64,000 nucleotides of DNA from the human T2T-CHM13v2.0 reference genome, Homo sapiens (GCF_009914755.1 NC_060947.1); one strand, 5' to 3'. Positions 1 through 13,288 are shown, counted from the first letter of the stretch. Notes: generated by a model from the letters alone, not told the origin. Made by a program: numbers and translations.

Positions 1-136
1 TGTCAGGTTAAAAGACAGCAAATACTAGTTTTTGTTTTCCATGGCCTCTGTTGAATCTCATCACTGGTTTATCTCACAGACACAGGATTCATATCGTGTA
101 TGAGTTTTCTAGTGCTGCACTGCAAATTACCACAGA
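1..136. repeat. Left arm of ~136-bp inverted duplication (partner 1682-1817)
   Basis: Reverse complement of 1682-1817 aligns ungapped to 1-136 with 9 mismatches by manual count; may extend beyond the window start. Confidence 0.95.
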
Positions 137-207
137 CTTTATTTTAAGAAGTAGGAAATCATTCTTAGAAGTAGAATTGCTAGGTTAAAGGTCATATACT
201 TTTGTTG

Positions 208-512
<305 letters not shown>

Positions 513-774
513 AAAGGTCATATACTTTTGTAATTTGGGTAGATGTGGTCCAGTCGTCCTTCACAGAGTTATTCCCATTTGCTGGTGTTATATTTCCTTC
601 TGAGCAACATCACTGTATCTGAATCACACTTGCACATTTGCCCATATTCTTTTCAACTGCCACACCCAGGACGCTCTTACATCAGTAACTCTTTTCTTCT
701 TTTTGTCAAGCACACATCACACAAAATATTTTGTTCTCATTTTGAATAACGATTTAAAAAGAAAATAAAAAAAA

Positions 775-985
775 GGAAATTGGGATCAAAAGACTTGGAT
801 GCAAGCCTTAGCTATATTTCTTACATGCCTTGTAACATTGGGCAAATTACTCATCTACTCTAAACCTAGTTTTTCTCACGTGTAAAGCTGGATAAGGCCC
901 TCATCTCAAAAGCTTTGTGAAAATTAAGAGGCACTAAATAAGAAGCACTCAGTATTGTCCTGGAATTCAATAGGAATCCCATAAT
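775..985 (+). mobile_element. MIR
   Basis: Degenerate MIR core (TTGGGCAAATTACTCATCTACTCTAAACCTAGTTTTTCTCACGTGTAAA). Confidence 0.65.
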
Positions 986-1103
986 TGGTGGTTCCTCCCC
1001 CTCTTTGTCCTATTCCTATCTTGATTTTCTTATTTTTAAAAACAGGCATTAGGTTTCTGAGATTGTGAAATGATAACTATATTGAAATGTTTTGTAAACT
1101 ATG

Positions 1104-1721
1104 TATGATAGGCAGAACTCTAAGATGACCCACAATGGCTCATACCTTTATATAATCTCCTCCCCTTGAGAGTGGGAGGGAGCTATATATGTGATGGGAT
1201 ATCACTCCCATGATTACTTTATGTTATAAGACACAGTTGACTGTAAGAAAGGGAGATTATCCTTAGTGGGGCTGACCTAATGCAGTGAGCCTTTTAGAGC
1301 CAAGAGTTTTCTCCAGATGGTCACAGAAGAGGAAGGCAGAGTGATACTGGCTGGCCCAGAAGAAAGCAAACATCCACGTGAAGCACCTAGGGTCTATATG
1401 GTAAGGAACTACAAGCAACCTCCAGAAACTGAGCACCGTCCCCAGCCAACAGTTAGCAAGAAAATAGGGATCTAAATTATATAACTTCAAGGAAATAAAT
1501 CCTGCCAACAACCAGTGATCCTGGAAGAGGACTCCAAGCTCCAGATGAGAGCCACAGCCCTGGCCAATTCCTTGATGTCAGCCTGGTGAGACACTAAGCA
1601 GAAAAATCCAGGTACACTGTGCCCAGGCTTTAACCTACAGAACTGTGAGATAATATATTTGTGTTGTTTGAAACCACTAAATCTGTGGTAATTTGCAGTG
1701 CAGCACTAGAACACGAATACA
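1104..1721 (+). mobile_element. MaLR solo LTR (MLT1E-like)
   Basis: Starts TATGATAGGCAGAACTCTAAGATG and ends GTGGTAATTTG...CAGCACTAGAACACGAATACA, typical MLT1 termini. Confidence 0.85.
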
Positions 1722-1817
1722 CGATATGAATCCTGTGTCTGTGAGATAAACCAGTGACGAGATTGAATAGAGGCCATGGAAAACAAAAACTAGTATTTGC
1801 TATATTTTAACATGACA
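1682..1817. repeat. Right arm of inverted duplication (partner 1-136)
   Basis: Covers the MLT1 3' end plus ~96 bp of unique flank. Confidence 0.95.
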
Positions 1818-2665
1818 TTAGCATCATTTAGTTTGTGTTTCAGTTGATTCAATGCTTATTATCTTCTTTCTAGGAGCCAATTTCCCCAAGCAGAAGAATG
1901 TGCATGGCACCATAATAGTCCTTTTATATTTTTAGGGCCTTGCATTCACTAAATGCTCATTGCTTGCTTCTAAGAAAACTCTTTTTACTTTTCTTTTTCT
2001 TAACATAATTTTTAATTAATTTGTAACTTAACTGTACTATGTTTCAAATGACAAAAATCTGACTTGAAATACACTGATGTGATTTTTGGTAAGTTTCATT
2101 CTATTATTCAGGGACGGTAGAACTAACCCTCTCTCAGTCAAAGAGTAGGCTGAGGATTCCATGTTCTGATTTTGTTATTGTTCTTTATTATCTATACACA
2201 TTGCATTTATTTAGTGTATTTTCTATCTCTTACAAACATAATTGTTCATTCTAAGTAAGATGAGCAGCTAGCTGTGCGTTTTCTTAAGAGAAAGGCATTA
2301 GGTGACTTGACTTCAACTGATATCAGTAGTATCCATAAGAACAAAATTATGAATCAGGAGAGCATGTAGAAGCTTAATTTGAAAGTTTATGAGGGGTATA
2401 AGACCAGCTATTATATAGAAACAATTATCTGAGAGATAAAACTGATGGATCCTATAAATGTTTTAAGAGTGCTGGCTAAGGCTTCTTAACTTTTCAAATT
2501 ATTGCCTTAGTCTGGTTTTTTTAAACCCTGGAAAATTAAAACAATTATTATTCATTAAATATATATTTAATAAGAACAATATAATAATCAGATATGTTTT
2601 GTCTAATTTTCAAAATTGATTACATTTTAGGGCACAATGTATGAAATTTTATATTTACAATTTAG

Positions 2666-2735
2666 CATTCTGAGTCCACAGGGTAACTTGGAACCTTATG
2701 CCCTGAGCTATTTGGACGACTTAAAAAAGGATTTG
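2666..2735 (+). CDS. Candidate internal exon of an unidentified gene (ILSPQGNLEPYALSYLDDLKKDL)
   Basis: Unique DNA; acceptor ...TTTACAATTTAG, weak donor TTG/GTGTGC, one open frame; product not recognised. Confidence 0.3.
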
Positions 2736-3049
2736 GTGTGCGTGTGTCCTTGGATAATCTCTATCTCTTCTAGAGGGTTCAAAAAAAAAAAAGGGGGGGA
2801 GGGGGAGCAAATTTCTAGATGGCACATCTACTCCTGGTTGTTAACTTGATAGATTAACTGATTAGGAGTTTCTAACATAGATGTCTGTATCTAGCAATGA
2901 TAGATGGTGCTTATGTTTATTATTCTTTATTCTTAAAGCTATTGATTCTTTAAAAACTAGTTTTTGATGGTTTATCTTTCCTAAATAAGAGAATGAAAAT
3001 GTCAACACACAGGCAATCTGCTTTTATAGTGGTCTATTAGCATCTAGTT

Positions 3050-3280
3050 AATAGACTTCGACTGTTGTCTACGTACCTCACTGTTCCCTTTGGAGCTCAA
3101 GGGATTGTACAATTAATCCTCCTAACATCCATTTACACTTGATTAAGAACAGGTGGTAGTATCTTCATTTCACAAATAAGACTCATACACGTAAAGAGGT
3201 TAATGATTTGCTGACAAGCCAGCAACAAAACCGGTCCTCATGGCAGCTCTCCCAGCCCAGCATTCTCTGCTCCACACCAT
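3050..3280 (-). mobile_element. MIR-family fragment
   Basis: CTTCATTTCACAAATAAG...AGAGGTTAATGATTTGC resembles the antisense MIR core. Confidence 0.5.
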
Positions 3281-3688
3281 CACACTTCTATCTCTGCAGT
3301 CATACTTTCAGTGAAACTAGTTTTCATCATTAACCACATGCTTGCTTTGGGGATGAAAATAGAAAACCAGACAAAGCAGACCTTTTATAATACTGTTTTT
3401 ACCATATCGTTAAAATAGTCACTGGTCAATGTTTGTGTTTATAAAACCATTTTTCTTAAGACTTTGTCCCCTCTTTTGTTCCTCTATGTGAAGATGTTAG
3501 AAAGAAATGAAGTGGTCTATCATATTTTTATTTTTGACAAATGCCTCTGGAATGCTATTATTACAATATACAATTTTAAGGTGAAGGGCTGATGTGGGAT
3601 TATCCTCCTGGTAACATTAACATAGCCGAATACCAAAGAAAATATTTTTTATTCCATCAGTATTTCATGAAGTGAGCTTCCTTTGTAG

Positions 3689-3733
3689 CCATGTTTGCTG
3701 CTGGAGACACTGAGAGAGTTTATACAGTCATGA
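3689..3733 (+). CDS. Candidate terminal coding exon (PCLLLETLREFIQS*)
   Basis: Acceptor CTTCCTTTGTAG; in phase with candidate exon 2666-2735; AATAAA downstream at 4201 and ~4468. Confidence 0.25.
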   Translation, partial: PCLLLETLREFIQS

Positions 3734-3907
3734 TTATAAAACAAGTCTTAGAATTTGAGGAAACATCAGAACACCTCAGGACCGCATTGTGCAATTTGAG
3801 TAGCCCGACCGTGTTTTAAATTTTAAAATGGAGAGAAGTAATTGCAGGCCTCACTTTGAAGATATCAAACATGAAAATTTCACTCAAGCTGTCGTTCCTC
3901 TTTCCAG

Positions 3908-3944
3908 CTGGCAGCATCACCACCAGAATCACAAACAACAGCAG
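3908..3944 (+). CDS. Candidate 37-nt exon (LAASPPESQTTA)
   Basis: Good acceptor GTTCCTCTTTCCAG and donor CAG/GTAATT; alternative partner for 2666-2735. Confidence 0.2.
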
Positions 3945-4249
3945 GTAATTTTAGCAGAATGTATCTCATCCAAAAGGGAAAAAAAGTTTAGTTGGACCAA
4001 CAGACAAGTATATTCAATAATTTAGCAACAATTAACAAATAATGTGACATCAGTTCTATAAAGAATATTTGAAAATTGTAACTGAACGTGGGAAAATGCA
4101 AATTAACTTTGTTGGGAAAAATTGATCCAAAATACAGAAAACTCATAGTTGTCTAATAGAGTCAGGAGATGGAATGTTCTTGTAAATCAACATTTTGATT
4201 AATAAAGGTAGCATGGCATTACATAAAGAATTTTATGCAATTATGTTTC

Positions 4250-4400
4250 AGAAGATCAACTCTGCTTCTGAGATAGCTGGGTGACATTTGTCCATTCATT
4301 TGACCTCACCAAATTAGTTTTTTTTTCATCTGTAAAATGGGATAGTGGTGGGAATAATGCATACTTTTTCTATCTCACAGGATTATTGTAAGGAACAAAA
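4250..4400 (+). mobile_element. MIR
   Basis: TCATCTGTAAAATGGGATA...CTCACAGGATTATTGTAAGG core. Confidence 0.7.
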
Positions 4401-5130
4401 GTGATTGTAAATACAAGGTTTTTTCAACACCATCCGCAGGGGGTCAGTTTTAAATGATTGGGCTAGAATAAACTGTGTATGGCATGAAAGCTAAACTGTA
4501 TGTAAATATCTCTTTGGTAAAGCAAGCGTGTAGCATTAATGAATGTCAGTCCACAAACCCATGCGTGCAAAAAATGACCTTTTGTAAATTTTTCTAAAAT
4601 GCCACTTTCATCATTTTTTGGTTTGCCTTCCCTAAAGCCTATTTAATTCCCATGGCTGGGATCTTACCTCGAGTCAATATACTGTGTATGTGGAAGTGTC
4701 CATCTGGTGCTCTGTGATTGGTCCACACTGAGACATACTCTAACCTTGACCATGTGGTGCCCTTTGGTCCCTTAGGTGTTGCTCCCTCCCCAAGGGCATT
4801 GCTGAGAAGCAGGGCACCAATCCCTTTGCTCTAAGGTCCCATGAGCCCTTACTTCTGCCAGTTTGAGGAAATCTCTTTCTAGTCTGAGGGAAATCCTTTT
4901 CTTTACATGTTTCTTCAAGAAACTCTATATAAACCTACAAATCTTTTCCAAAAGACTTAGGCTTTTAGAAAACAAAAGTCAGGAAGATTTGCAGGCTTTT
5001 TCCACTCTCTGTCTTGTCACATACCTTCCCTGAGGTTCAGACCTGGCTATCTGATTGAAGGTGTGAATGAAAAAAAAAAGGAAAAATTCCAGATTGTGAA
5101 TTTGGAATTATGAAATTGCAAAATATCCAT

Positions 5131-5490
5131 ATTCATTTATTCATTTAACACATGGTTATTGAGCATCTACTATATACTAGGTACTGTGCTATGCCCTTAT
5201 AATATACAATTTGTAAACAAGTTAAGTACAGTCTCCATTTAGGTGCTTGCATTCTAGAGGAGACAGACATGAAAGAGTGATTTAAATGAGTATACAGTTA
5301 CACTTGTAGTAAATGCTGGAAAGGACATGCTGAAGGTGTTAAGAATGGGTAGAAAGGGAACCCACTGAATCTGGGGGTGGATATTTCTTTGAGGAAGGGC
5401 CATTGAAGCTGAGCTTTGAAGGATAAATAGCAATCCATTTGGGGTGGGGAAAGAGCATTTGGGTAGAAGGAATGGTGTGTTTCTTACAGA
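5131..5490 (-). mobile_element. L2 3' end
   Basis: ATTCATTTATTCATT...TTATTGAGCATCTACTAT...TAGGTACTGTGCT, antisense L2 tail. Confidence 0.75.
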
Positions 5491-5597
5491 CGAAAAGGTA
5501 ATAATGGTTCATTGAGCCAGGTTGACATCACATATCATGGCCCAAATGTGCAAATAAATATAACATCATTTTTTGTTATCAAACTCAACTTTAGCTA

Positions 5598-5965
5598 TGT
5601 ATTAGTCTGTTTTCACACTGTTCATAAAGACATACCCAAGACTGGGCAATTTACAAAAGAAAGAGGTTTAATTGGACTCACAGTTCCACATGACTGGGGA
5701 GGCCTCACGATCATGGTGGAAGGCAAGGAGGAGCAAGTCTCGTCTTGCATGGATGGCAGCAGGCAAAAAGAGAGAGCTTGTGCAGAGAAACTCCAGTTTT
5801 TAAAACTATCAGATCTCAAAAGACCCATTCACTATCACAAGAACAGCACGGGAAAGACCCGCCCCCATGATTCAATAATCTCCCACAGGGTCCCTCCCAC
5901 AACAGTGGGAATTATGGGAGCTACAAGATGAGATTTGGGTGGGGACACAGAGCCAAACCATATCA
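5598..5965 (-). mobile_element. THE1A/B solo LTR
   Basis: TGTATTAGTC...CCAAACCATATCA termini; perfect 5-bp TSD AGCTA at 5593-5597 and 5966-5970. Confidence 0.92.
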
Positions 5966-6269
5966 AGCTAAATCAAGGAAACTTTAGCTAAAGCAGATAA
6001 CTTATTTTATCATTTTCCACTATATTTATTAAATATTTCCCCAAATTCAATAACCATTATTTGTCACTACCAATTCAAAAGGATGTCAATTATCCTTATT
6101 TGCCACCATCCAACACCACTCCTGATATTCCTGGATTCTCACACAACTATCTGAGTTTGCACTGTCCATCCCAGGTTTTGAGCCCAAGGTGGGGTGGGAT
6201 CCTGGGTACTCCTGGGCAAACTTGTGTGTTAATTTTCCCTTTCTCTGTAGAATCCAGAATGGATATAAG

Positions 6270-6560
6270 GGATGTGAAAGAACACAGGAGACCATCTGCA
6301 GTGGTCCAGGTGAACAATGGCAGTATTTGAATCAGAGAGATAGGAGTGATGATGAAAAACGTAGATGAATTTAAGACATATAGAGGAGGGTGAATAAATA
6401 GAGCTTGGTGGTTGATTGGATGTATGTTTGAGAGGAATATTTAGGGAAAAGATAGTGGCTTCTGGGTTTCAGGATAGATGGTGTTGCCACTTACTGAGAT
6501 ACGGAACATTGGAGCAAGTTCAGCTTTGGAGGAAGAAAACTGGCAAGGAGTCTCTTGTAG
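6270..6560 (-). mobile_element. L2 fragment
   Basis: Purine-rich antisense L2 text (GATGGTGTTGCCACTTACTGAGATACGGAAC). Confidence 0.55.
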
Positions 6561-6699
6561 GGAGATACATCATCAAAACGTATCTTTCTGGCAAGGGTCG
6601 GCATCCTTTGAATTGAAGCCTAGCAATTATTTGGCTAGATTGCTGTGTTGTTTCAGATCCTGAGAATTTTCTGATGATACAACAGCCTCCTTAGCAGGT

Positions 6700-7182
6700 C
6701 CACTTGGTTGTGTAATTGGCATCGTACACAAAACATGTCCCAAACGGAGTTTCCAGTCTTCCTTCTAAAACTGCTCCTCCGGCAGTGTCCCTTATCTCAG
6801 GAAATAGCTGCCTTTCCAGTTGCTCTGGCCAAATCCCCTGGAGTCATCCTTGATGCCTCTCGTCTACACCATACACATGCGATCAATCAGCAAATCCTAT
6901 CATTTGTACCTTCAAAATATATCCAGAATCCAGCTACTTCTTCTCACTTCCACTGCTACCCCATTTGCTTCAAACCAATATCATTTTAACCTTTCTCTCC
7001 TGGACTGTTGCAACAAACTGCCACTGGCCTCCTTTCTTCCACTCAAGCTCCCCATCCACAGAGCAATCAGAGTGATCCTGATAAGCCGGATCATGTTACT
7101 CCTCTTATCAAAACCCTCCAGACTCCTCACTCTTGTCAAAGTCAAAGGCCTCATTGTGGCCTACAAGGCCCTACATGATCTG
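6700..7182 (+). mobile_element. L2 fragment
   Basis: ATCAGCAAATCCT...TACCTTCAAAATATATCCAGAATC...GGCCTACAAGGCCCTACATGATCTG. Confidence 0.75.
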
Positions 7183-7184
7183 AT

Positions 7185-7390
7185 TGCCATTAGAGGAGTC
7201 CTGCATTAGGCAGAAATGGCCAGTCCCTGGTTCTTCTGCCATGATGAGTCATTGGCTGGGGTTGGTTGAGCTGAGGCAGATGCTGAAGACATTACATCTG
7301 GGTGCGGTCAGCTGCCTGAGCTTCTTGCAGCTGGATGACAAGTTTTTTCTTGAAGGACAATCTGAGCAGCACATCTCTATGACTGCCACA
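7185..7390 (-). mobile_element. Old ERVL-type LTR fragment
   Basis: Ends ...ATCTGAGCAGCACATCTCTATGACTGCCACA, like antisense ERVL LTR starts; family uncertain. Confidence 0.4.
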
Positions 7391-8193
7391 TATACTCACT
7401 TTATTGTTATTATTTTGACTACTCCTGGATCTCCAAATTGGCCCATGGTGGATTGGGGAAGAAAGAACAGGGAAGGCAGGCTTACATAATAATTCACTGT
7501 GTCTGGGGGTTGTAGGCCTGCCCTCAATTTGCTGAGGAGGGGTTGGTGGCAAGATCTCTTTTCTTTTCTTTCTTCTTTTTTCCCTCTTTGGCTGGGGGAG
7601 ACAGGAACCAATAATACTGGATTTTGTGAATTTGCTTGAGATAACTGCCTTAAAATAGGAGCTTTTGAGCATTAACCAAAGCCTTATCTTTTAGTGACAG
7701 ATAGGGCAATCCAGGGCTATGGGAGAGCGTCAATCCTGTTTACATATTTTAAAATATCTCTCACAACGAATGCAAATCAGATACCTTAAAATTTTCAGTC
7801 ATTCCCACCAGTGTGCACTTCAAACAGTGAACTAGCACTGGTAGTTATTACATCATCTTAAAAAAAAAAGCCACTCTCTTGTAATCAATTAAACTCATTA
7901 CACCTGAATAATCATTACCAATGATGTGTAATTTAAATTATCTCTGCAAGATGACTTATTTATGACTATCAGGCCTACTAACAACTTTCCAAATCATCAC
8001 TCAGTAAAGTATTATAAACTTTCCTGCCGAAGACATTTCAGACTTCAGAGATTTTCCAGTATTTCCCTGGGACAAACTGTTACAGACAGGAAGAACAGCC
8101 TATGAAAATGACCTAAGTGTCTTGCTTTTCTTTATCTTCCTCCAGCTGGGCACTTTGGAAAGAATTTGTCTTTTTCTTGATGTTCTTTACTTA

Positions 8194-8279
8194 ATGTAGC
8201 TCAGTCACTCAGATATCCTTACATTTGGCTACCATGATGTAGCTCAGTCACTCAGACATCCTTACATTTGGCTACCAAG
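8194..8279. repeat. Tandem duplication, 2 x 43 bp
   Basis: 8194-8236 vs 8237-8279 differ at 2 positions. Confidence 0.95.
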
Positions 8280-8479
8280 TCCCCTAAACCCTCCTTCTCG
8301 ATGGGTGTCCCTTCACAGGCACTTGAGACTGCTGGCTATAACTTAAGCAGTTGCTTTGCCACCTATACACGTATTGCCATTTTCCCAGCCCGGGGCTGGG
8401 GACACCTTATGACCACTGATTCTACCATCACTCTATGGGTAGTTTCAGATTATCTCTCTATTGTATGCAACTTCATTCC

Positions 8480-9060
8480 TATTTAGACATGTTTGATAGC
8501 AAGAGATAAAAATCGACTCAAGCTACCTAGAAGTAAAGCGGGATTTATTGTCACATAAAATGCTACAATCTCATAAGCACTCAAGGATAAGAACTGGACT
8601 GTGGCCACACCACAGAGGAATGGGAACTGGGACGTCAGGCACCGAAGGGGGTCCTGCCAACTCTTGTGGAGCCACAGCACAATTTCTTCTCTTGGCAAGG
8701 TTGCTTGGTGCTGTCTTGCATGGCTTTTTTTTTATACATCCTAACTTCAGCTCATGTGTGGATTTAGCTTGCCATGGCACTGGCTCCTACCCTGTCTCTA
8801 CTCGATTTTCTATCCAAGATTCAGTCTCTCAGCACCCTGATTTCTGAATTCAGTTTCACCATGTTCCAATTCCAAATTTCCAGGAGAAAGTAACTGATTG
8901 TCACAGATTGGGTCAGGTGTAATCCCCTGGTGCAATCAACTGTGACTAAGGATGGGGATGACATAACATAGGATGTAGTAAGCTTGCCATTTCTATGGTG
9001 GAAGATAAAGCAAGTTTTCAAAGAAGAGAATATAGATGGCAAAGTAATGACTGGCATGAC
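8480..9060 (-). mobile_element. Old MaLR LTR (MLT1K/L/N-like)
   Basis: GACTCAAGCTA...GGGATTTATTG and GATTGGGTCAGGTG...CAATCAACTGTG motifs. Confidence 0.45.
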
Positions 9061-9160
9061 AACTGAAGGCTGAGATTCAGTTTCTTGATTCTCAGAAAGT
9101 AATTAGGAAGAAGAAGAATTTGAATAAATGTTTAGAATAATTTTGTTATCTAAACATCAA

Positions 9161-9468
9161 GAGGCAGTATAGCATAGTAATTAAGAACATGGACTCTGGA
9201 GTCAGACTTAACAATCTATGTGACCTTGGACATGTTATTTAACTTCACTGTACCTCAGTTTTTTCATCTATAAAATGGAGATAATGATATCTATCTTATA
9301 GCATTGTTGTCAGTTAATATATGTAAAACATAATACATGTAATTAATTAGTTAATTTGGAGTCTCCAACACAGACTTCATTGGATGACTGGGTGTCATTG
9401 ACTGGATAATAGGTCATAGGCTTATGGTGCCTGGCTCATATTAAGTGTTAAATAAGCATCAGTTATTG
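9161..9468 (+). mobile_element. MIR with an internal ~80-bp insert
   Basis: GAGGCAGTATAGCATAGTAATTAAGAACATGGACTCTGGAGTCAGAC start and MIR core. Confidence 0.8.
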
Positions 9469-9719
9469 TGACTTTATATTTCTTATGTTCCTTACTGAAC
9501 TTAGGTTCCTTACTTAGCAGTCAAAACTTTATTTACACTTTACTGTTCAAATTTTGTTTATATAAAATATATGTTATTCATGTTATCTTATTGATATCAA
9601 CTGATTGACAAATAGTTGGTGTGTGTAGACAGGTAAGTTCAGTTTTATGACTATTTGGAGGCATTTGCTTTATTTCACAGTACAGTATTTCACATTTAAG
9701 TCGTGTAAGTACTGACTTT

Positions 9720-10204
9720 TGTTTTATTTTACCACTTATCCTACTACTTAATATTTGTCTTTAAAATAATAAGCTTAAATGAAGAAAAATGTTAACTATG
9801 TTACCTTAAAGGAGGAAACACTTCATTATCACCAGAAATGAATACCCTGTATCACTTGCCTTAAATAGAAGATTACCATAGAGAAAAATATAATGAAAAC
9901 AGCACAGTGTTACTGAATTCTAACTAGATACACTTGCTTGCTCAGGGCCTGAGATCAGCTTTCTGTTGAGAGAGAGAGAGAGAGAAAGAGAAAGTGTTAC
10001 AGAGTATTACAGACTAGCACACTGAATTGAAACTTTGGTAGTGATGTAATCAGAGGATTAAAAAGAATTGAACAAGGAATAATGCTGTCACTATGTGACT
10101 TAATGTTATTTAATGGTAGGTGTGAGGCCTGCCAAAAGCCATCTCTGAAATTATCTCTCCTACCACCATCAGTAGTACAAATTCCACACAATGGGAAACC
10201 ACTG
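9720..10204. mobile_element. hAT-Charlie-like DNA transposon remnant with (GA)n at ~9968-9990
   Basis: Ends in GGGAAACCACTG, a Charlie-type terminal inverted repeat. Confidence 0.45.
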
Positions 10205-10319
10205 TTCTGAAGAGACTAAAAGCCTAGAATCAGGGAGAAGAATCAGAACAGTGCTTTATTTTTTTTTTACTCCATTTTCTATACAGGAGAATTATAACTC
10301 AAGGAATATCTCAAGCTGG

Positions 10320-10510
10320 GGGGTCTGGCATTCAAATCTTTTCTGCAACACTTACTAGCCTTGGAAGTGACTTATCATCTCTTAGTTCCTCACCTTTAAT
10401 GTGGGGGAAAATAATAATGACCAGTTTGTAGTGTTATTATGAAGATTAAATATGACAACACACGAGGAGTGCCTAGCACAGGTTCTGACTAAAATAAGTC
10501 CTAATAATAT
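10320..10510 (+). mobile_element. MIR
   Basis: TTATGAAGATTAAAT...GAGTGCCTAGCACAG MIR 3' part. Confidence 0.55.
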
Positions 10511-11945
10511 GTGTTTTGTATTACAAATGTGATCATGCATTACTGACTTGCTTTTTACTTGCAATAATAACTTCTCTCTCCATGTGAGTTCCTATAAATT
10601 TACCTCATTTTAAAAAATGGCTACATAGAATCCCAAATTATGTATATTCCATATCTTCTTTAACCACCCTTTTGTTGGGGTGTATTCAAGTTGTTTTGCA
10701 TGCATTTTTTTTAACAAATGAGGGGATTGAGGCTCAAAGAGGTAGAGAAGCCTGATCATACCAAAAGTAACACCACTTTCTGTGCCTCTACACTTGGAAA
10801 TATTGTCAATAGCAGTTTCATCCCCACCAGTGATGATGCCTTATCTACATATGCCAGAAATATTAGCTGCCCCTGAGTGTATAATTCCTAAACTGTAGTC
10901 AAGGTAGATTCGATTGACATGTAAAGGGGCAAATGATATTACTTAAGGGGTACGGAAAAGATCTGCCTTAGGAAGGAGCTTAAATGTGTGGAGTGGAAGG
11001 GAAAGAGGGTAGCCAGAGGCTAGAGAGAATTGAGAAAGACTGGAAGGATACCTGGGAGGTGACAATACCAAGACTCACCAGAAGAAAAGTGAAGAAAAGA
11101 GGCAGGAAGAGCTTTCTAGCCTCAGTCTACCCACATCTTCTTTTGTCACCTGTTTATGGTGTAGAGAAAACAACAAAGGACATGTCAGTGCCTGCCTAGC
11201 ATGATACCTCATCTTGCAAATGCTCAACAAATATTTACTGAGTGGATGAAGAGATTTACATTCCTGATTATCTAAGACCCAGGGAATCTTGAGCCAGGCA
11301 TCCGGGAGTGGCAGGGACGCCATCTGGGAATGAAGGCACCATTCAATTTGGCCCCACACAGATAAGCCAAGTGAGAGACTAGTGGGCAGAAACAAGTACT
11401 GACATTTATGGGTGCCACATGGAGTTAGACACAATTAATAATGTTGCCTCAGGTGCTACCAGAGGAAAAAAAAATCTTGAAAGAACCATTACAAGACTTC
11501 CCATGCCCTTTGTGCAGCACCATTAAAACAGGATATCTCATCCAAGTTTATGATTCTAGTACAAAAGAAAAATAAAGCAATTAGTAAATCTAAGAAAAGT
11601 GATTGAGTACACATCACTTTGTCCAAGCTGGTTTGCAGAACATACTGAATTGGGCTATGTGGCCCCCAAGAGCAAAATCTATGAATTATTTTTAGTGGAG
11701 TGAGAGCCTGTCTAAGTAAGTACAAGCCTGTCTGCCTTGCGTTGCTGTTTTTGTGCAGCAATAGTATCCCCTTTATATATTGGTCATGTTTTCAATGTGC
11801 AATACTTTGAGCACAGGCAGGCTGCCTCCAGGTCAAATAGCTGTGAACTGAGTACTTATAGAACAGTGCCTTAAATTGATTAGAAGTAGTTCAAGTCAAA
11901 TGTGGGCTATGGAGTTTGAATTCTGATTGTACCTTGTCTCAGCTC

Positions 11946-12349
11946 TGTGTGTTATTCATGATTTTGCTAAACTAATACTGTGTAACAAATAACTATCAAA
12001 TCTCCCTTATTTTTCTCACTAGTAAGCCATTGGGTTGACTGTGGTTCTCTTGAGCTCAGCTGGAATCAGCTGGGCTTAATTCCAGGGTGCAGATTGGATT
12101 CAGGTCTGTTCCATGTGTCTCCGTATTCTGGAGAAGTTACTCAGGGCATGTTGCCCCATGGCAGATGGGCAGAAGTTTAAGAAAGAAAGCCAAACTACAC
12201 AGGCACTTTTAAAACCGTTACTTGTGTTACGCCAACTAACATTTGATTGGCCAAAGCCTATGTCAATGGAGCAGGGAAGTATACTTCTCCTATGGAGGGG
12301 GGACATGGCAAGAAGCAAAAATTGCGAGCAAATAATGCAATCTAACACA
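11946..12349 (-). mobile_element. MaLR LTR (MLT1I/J-like) splitting a MIR (~11890-11945 and 12350-12525)
   Basis: GTGTAACAAATAAC...CAAATCTC start, CATTTGATTGGCCAAAGC, and AATAATGCAATCTAACACA end. Confidence 0.7.
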
Positions 12350-12876
12350 CCATGGGACTTTGGTTAATATGGCAAATCTCTTTATACCTCAGTAGCCATC
12401 ATCTGCAAAATGGGCATCATAATGTTATTTACTTTAGAGGGCTGGTTGGAAACTTATATGAGTTAATATGTATATAGTAGTTGCAACAGTCCCTTGCCCA
12501 TAGTAAAAACTCAATAAATGTCAACTTTTCATACTTAAGCTATTTTCTAAGCAAGAAAAGTCAAAAGTTCTTGATTTCTAGTAACCTGAATTCCAACAAG
12601 TTTTTTCATAACTATTTTGTTCATACTGGTGAACATAGTAGCACATATTCAGAAAAATGATAAAATAGAGCTGGAATAAGTACAACCTTGATTAATCAGA
12701 ACTCAAGTAGCATGGCTGTAAAATTTTAGATTGTAGAAACTGCAGGAGACATTGAAGATCCTTTCTTCTGAAATAACATGGGATTGGGGTCTACAGATAA
12801 AGGTTAAGATTAAGTCTTTATTACTTGAGCATGTCCTTAAACATAATCTGAAACATCTATAAAATTGGGATAATGA

Positions 12877-13288
<412 letters not shown>

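Noticed and set aside
2030-2094. Strong donor TTG/GTAAGT as an upstream exon
   Set aside because: No nearby AG acceptor, and phases are incompatible with the 2666 candidate without stops
4428-4448. CTCF-like CCGCAGGGGGTCAG
   Set aside because: Departs from the core consensus; unsupported without ChIP data
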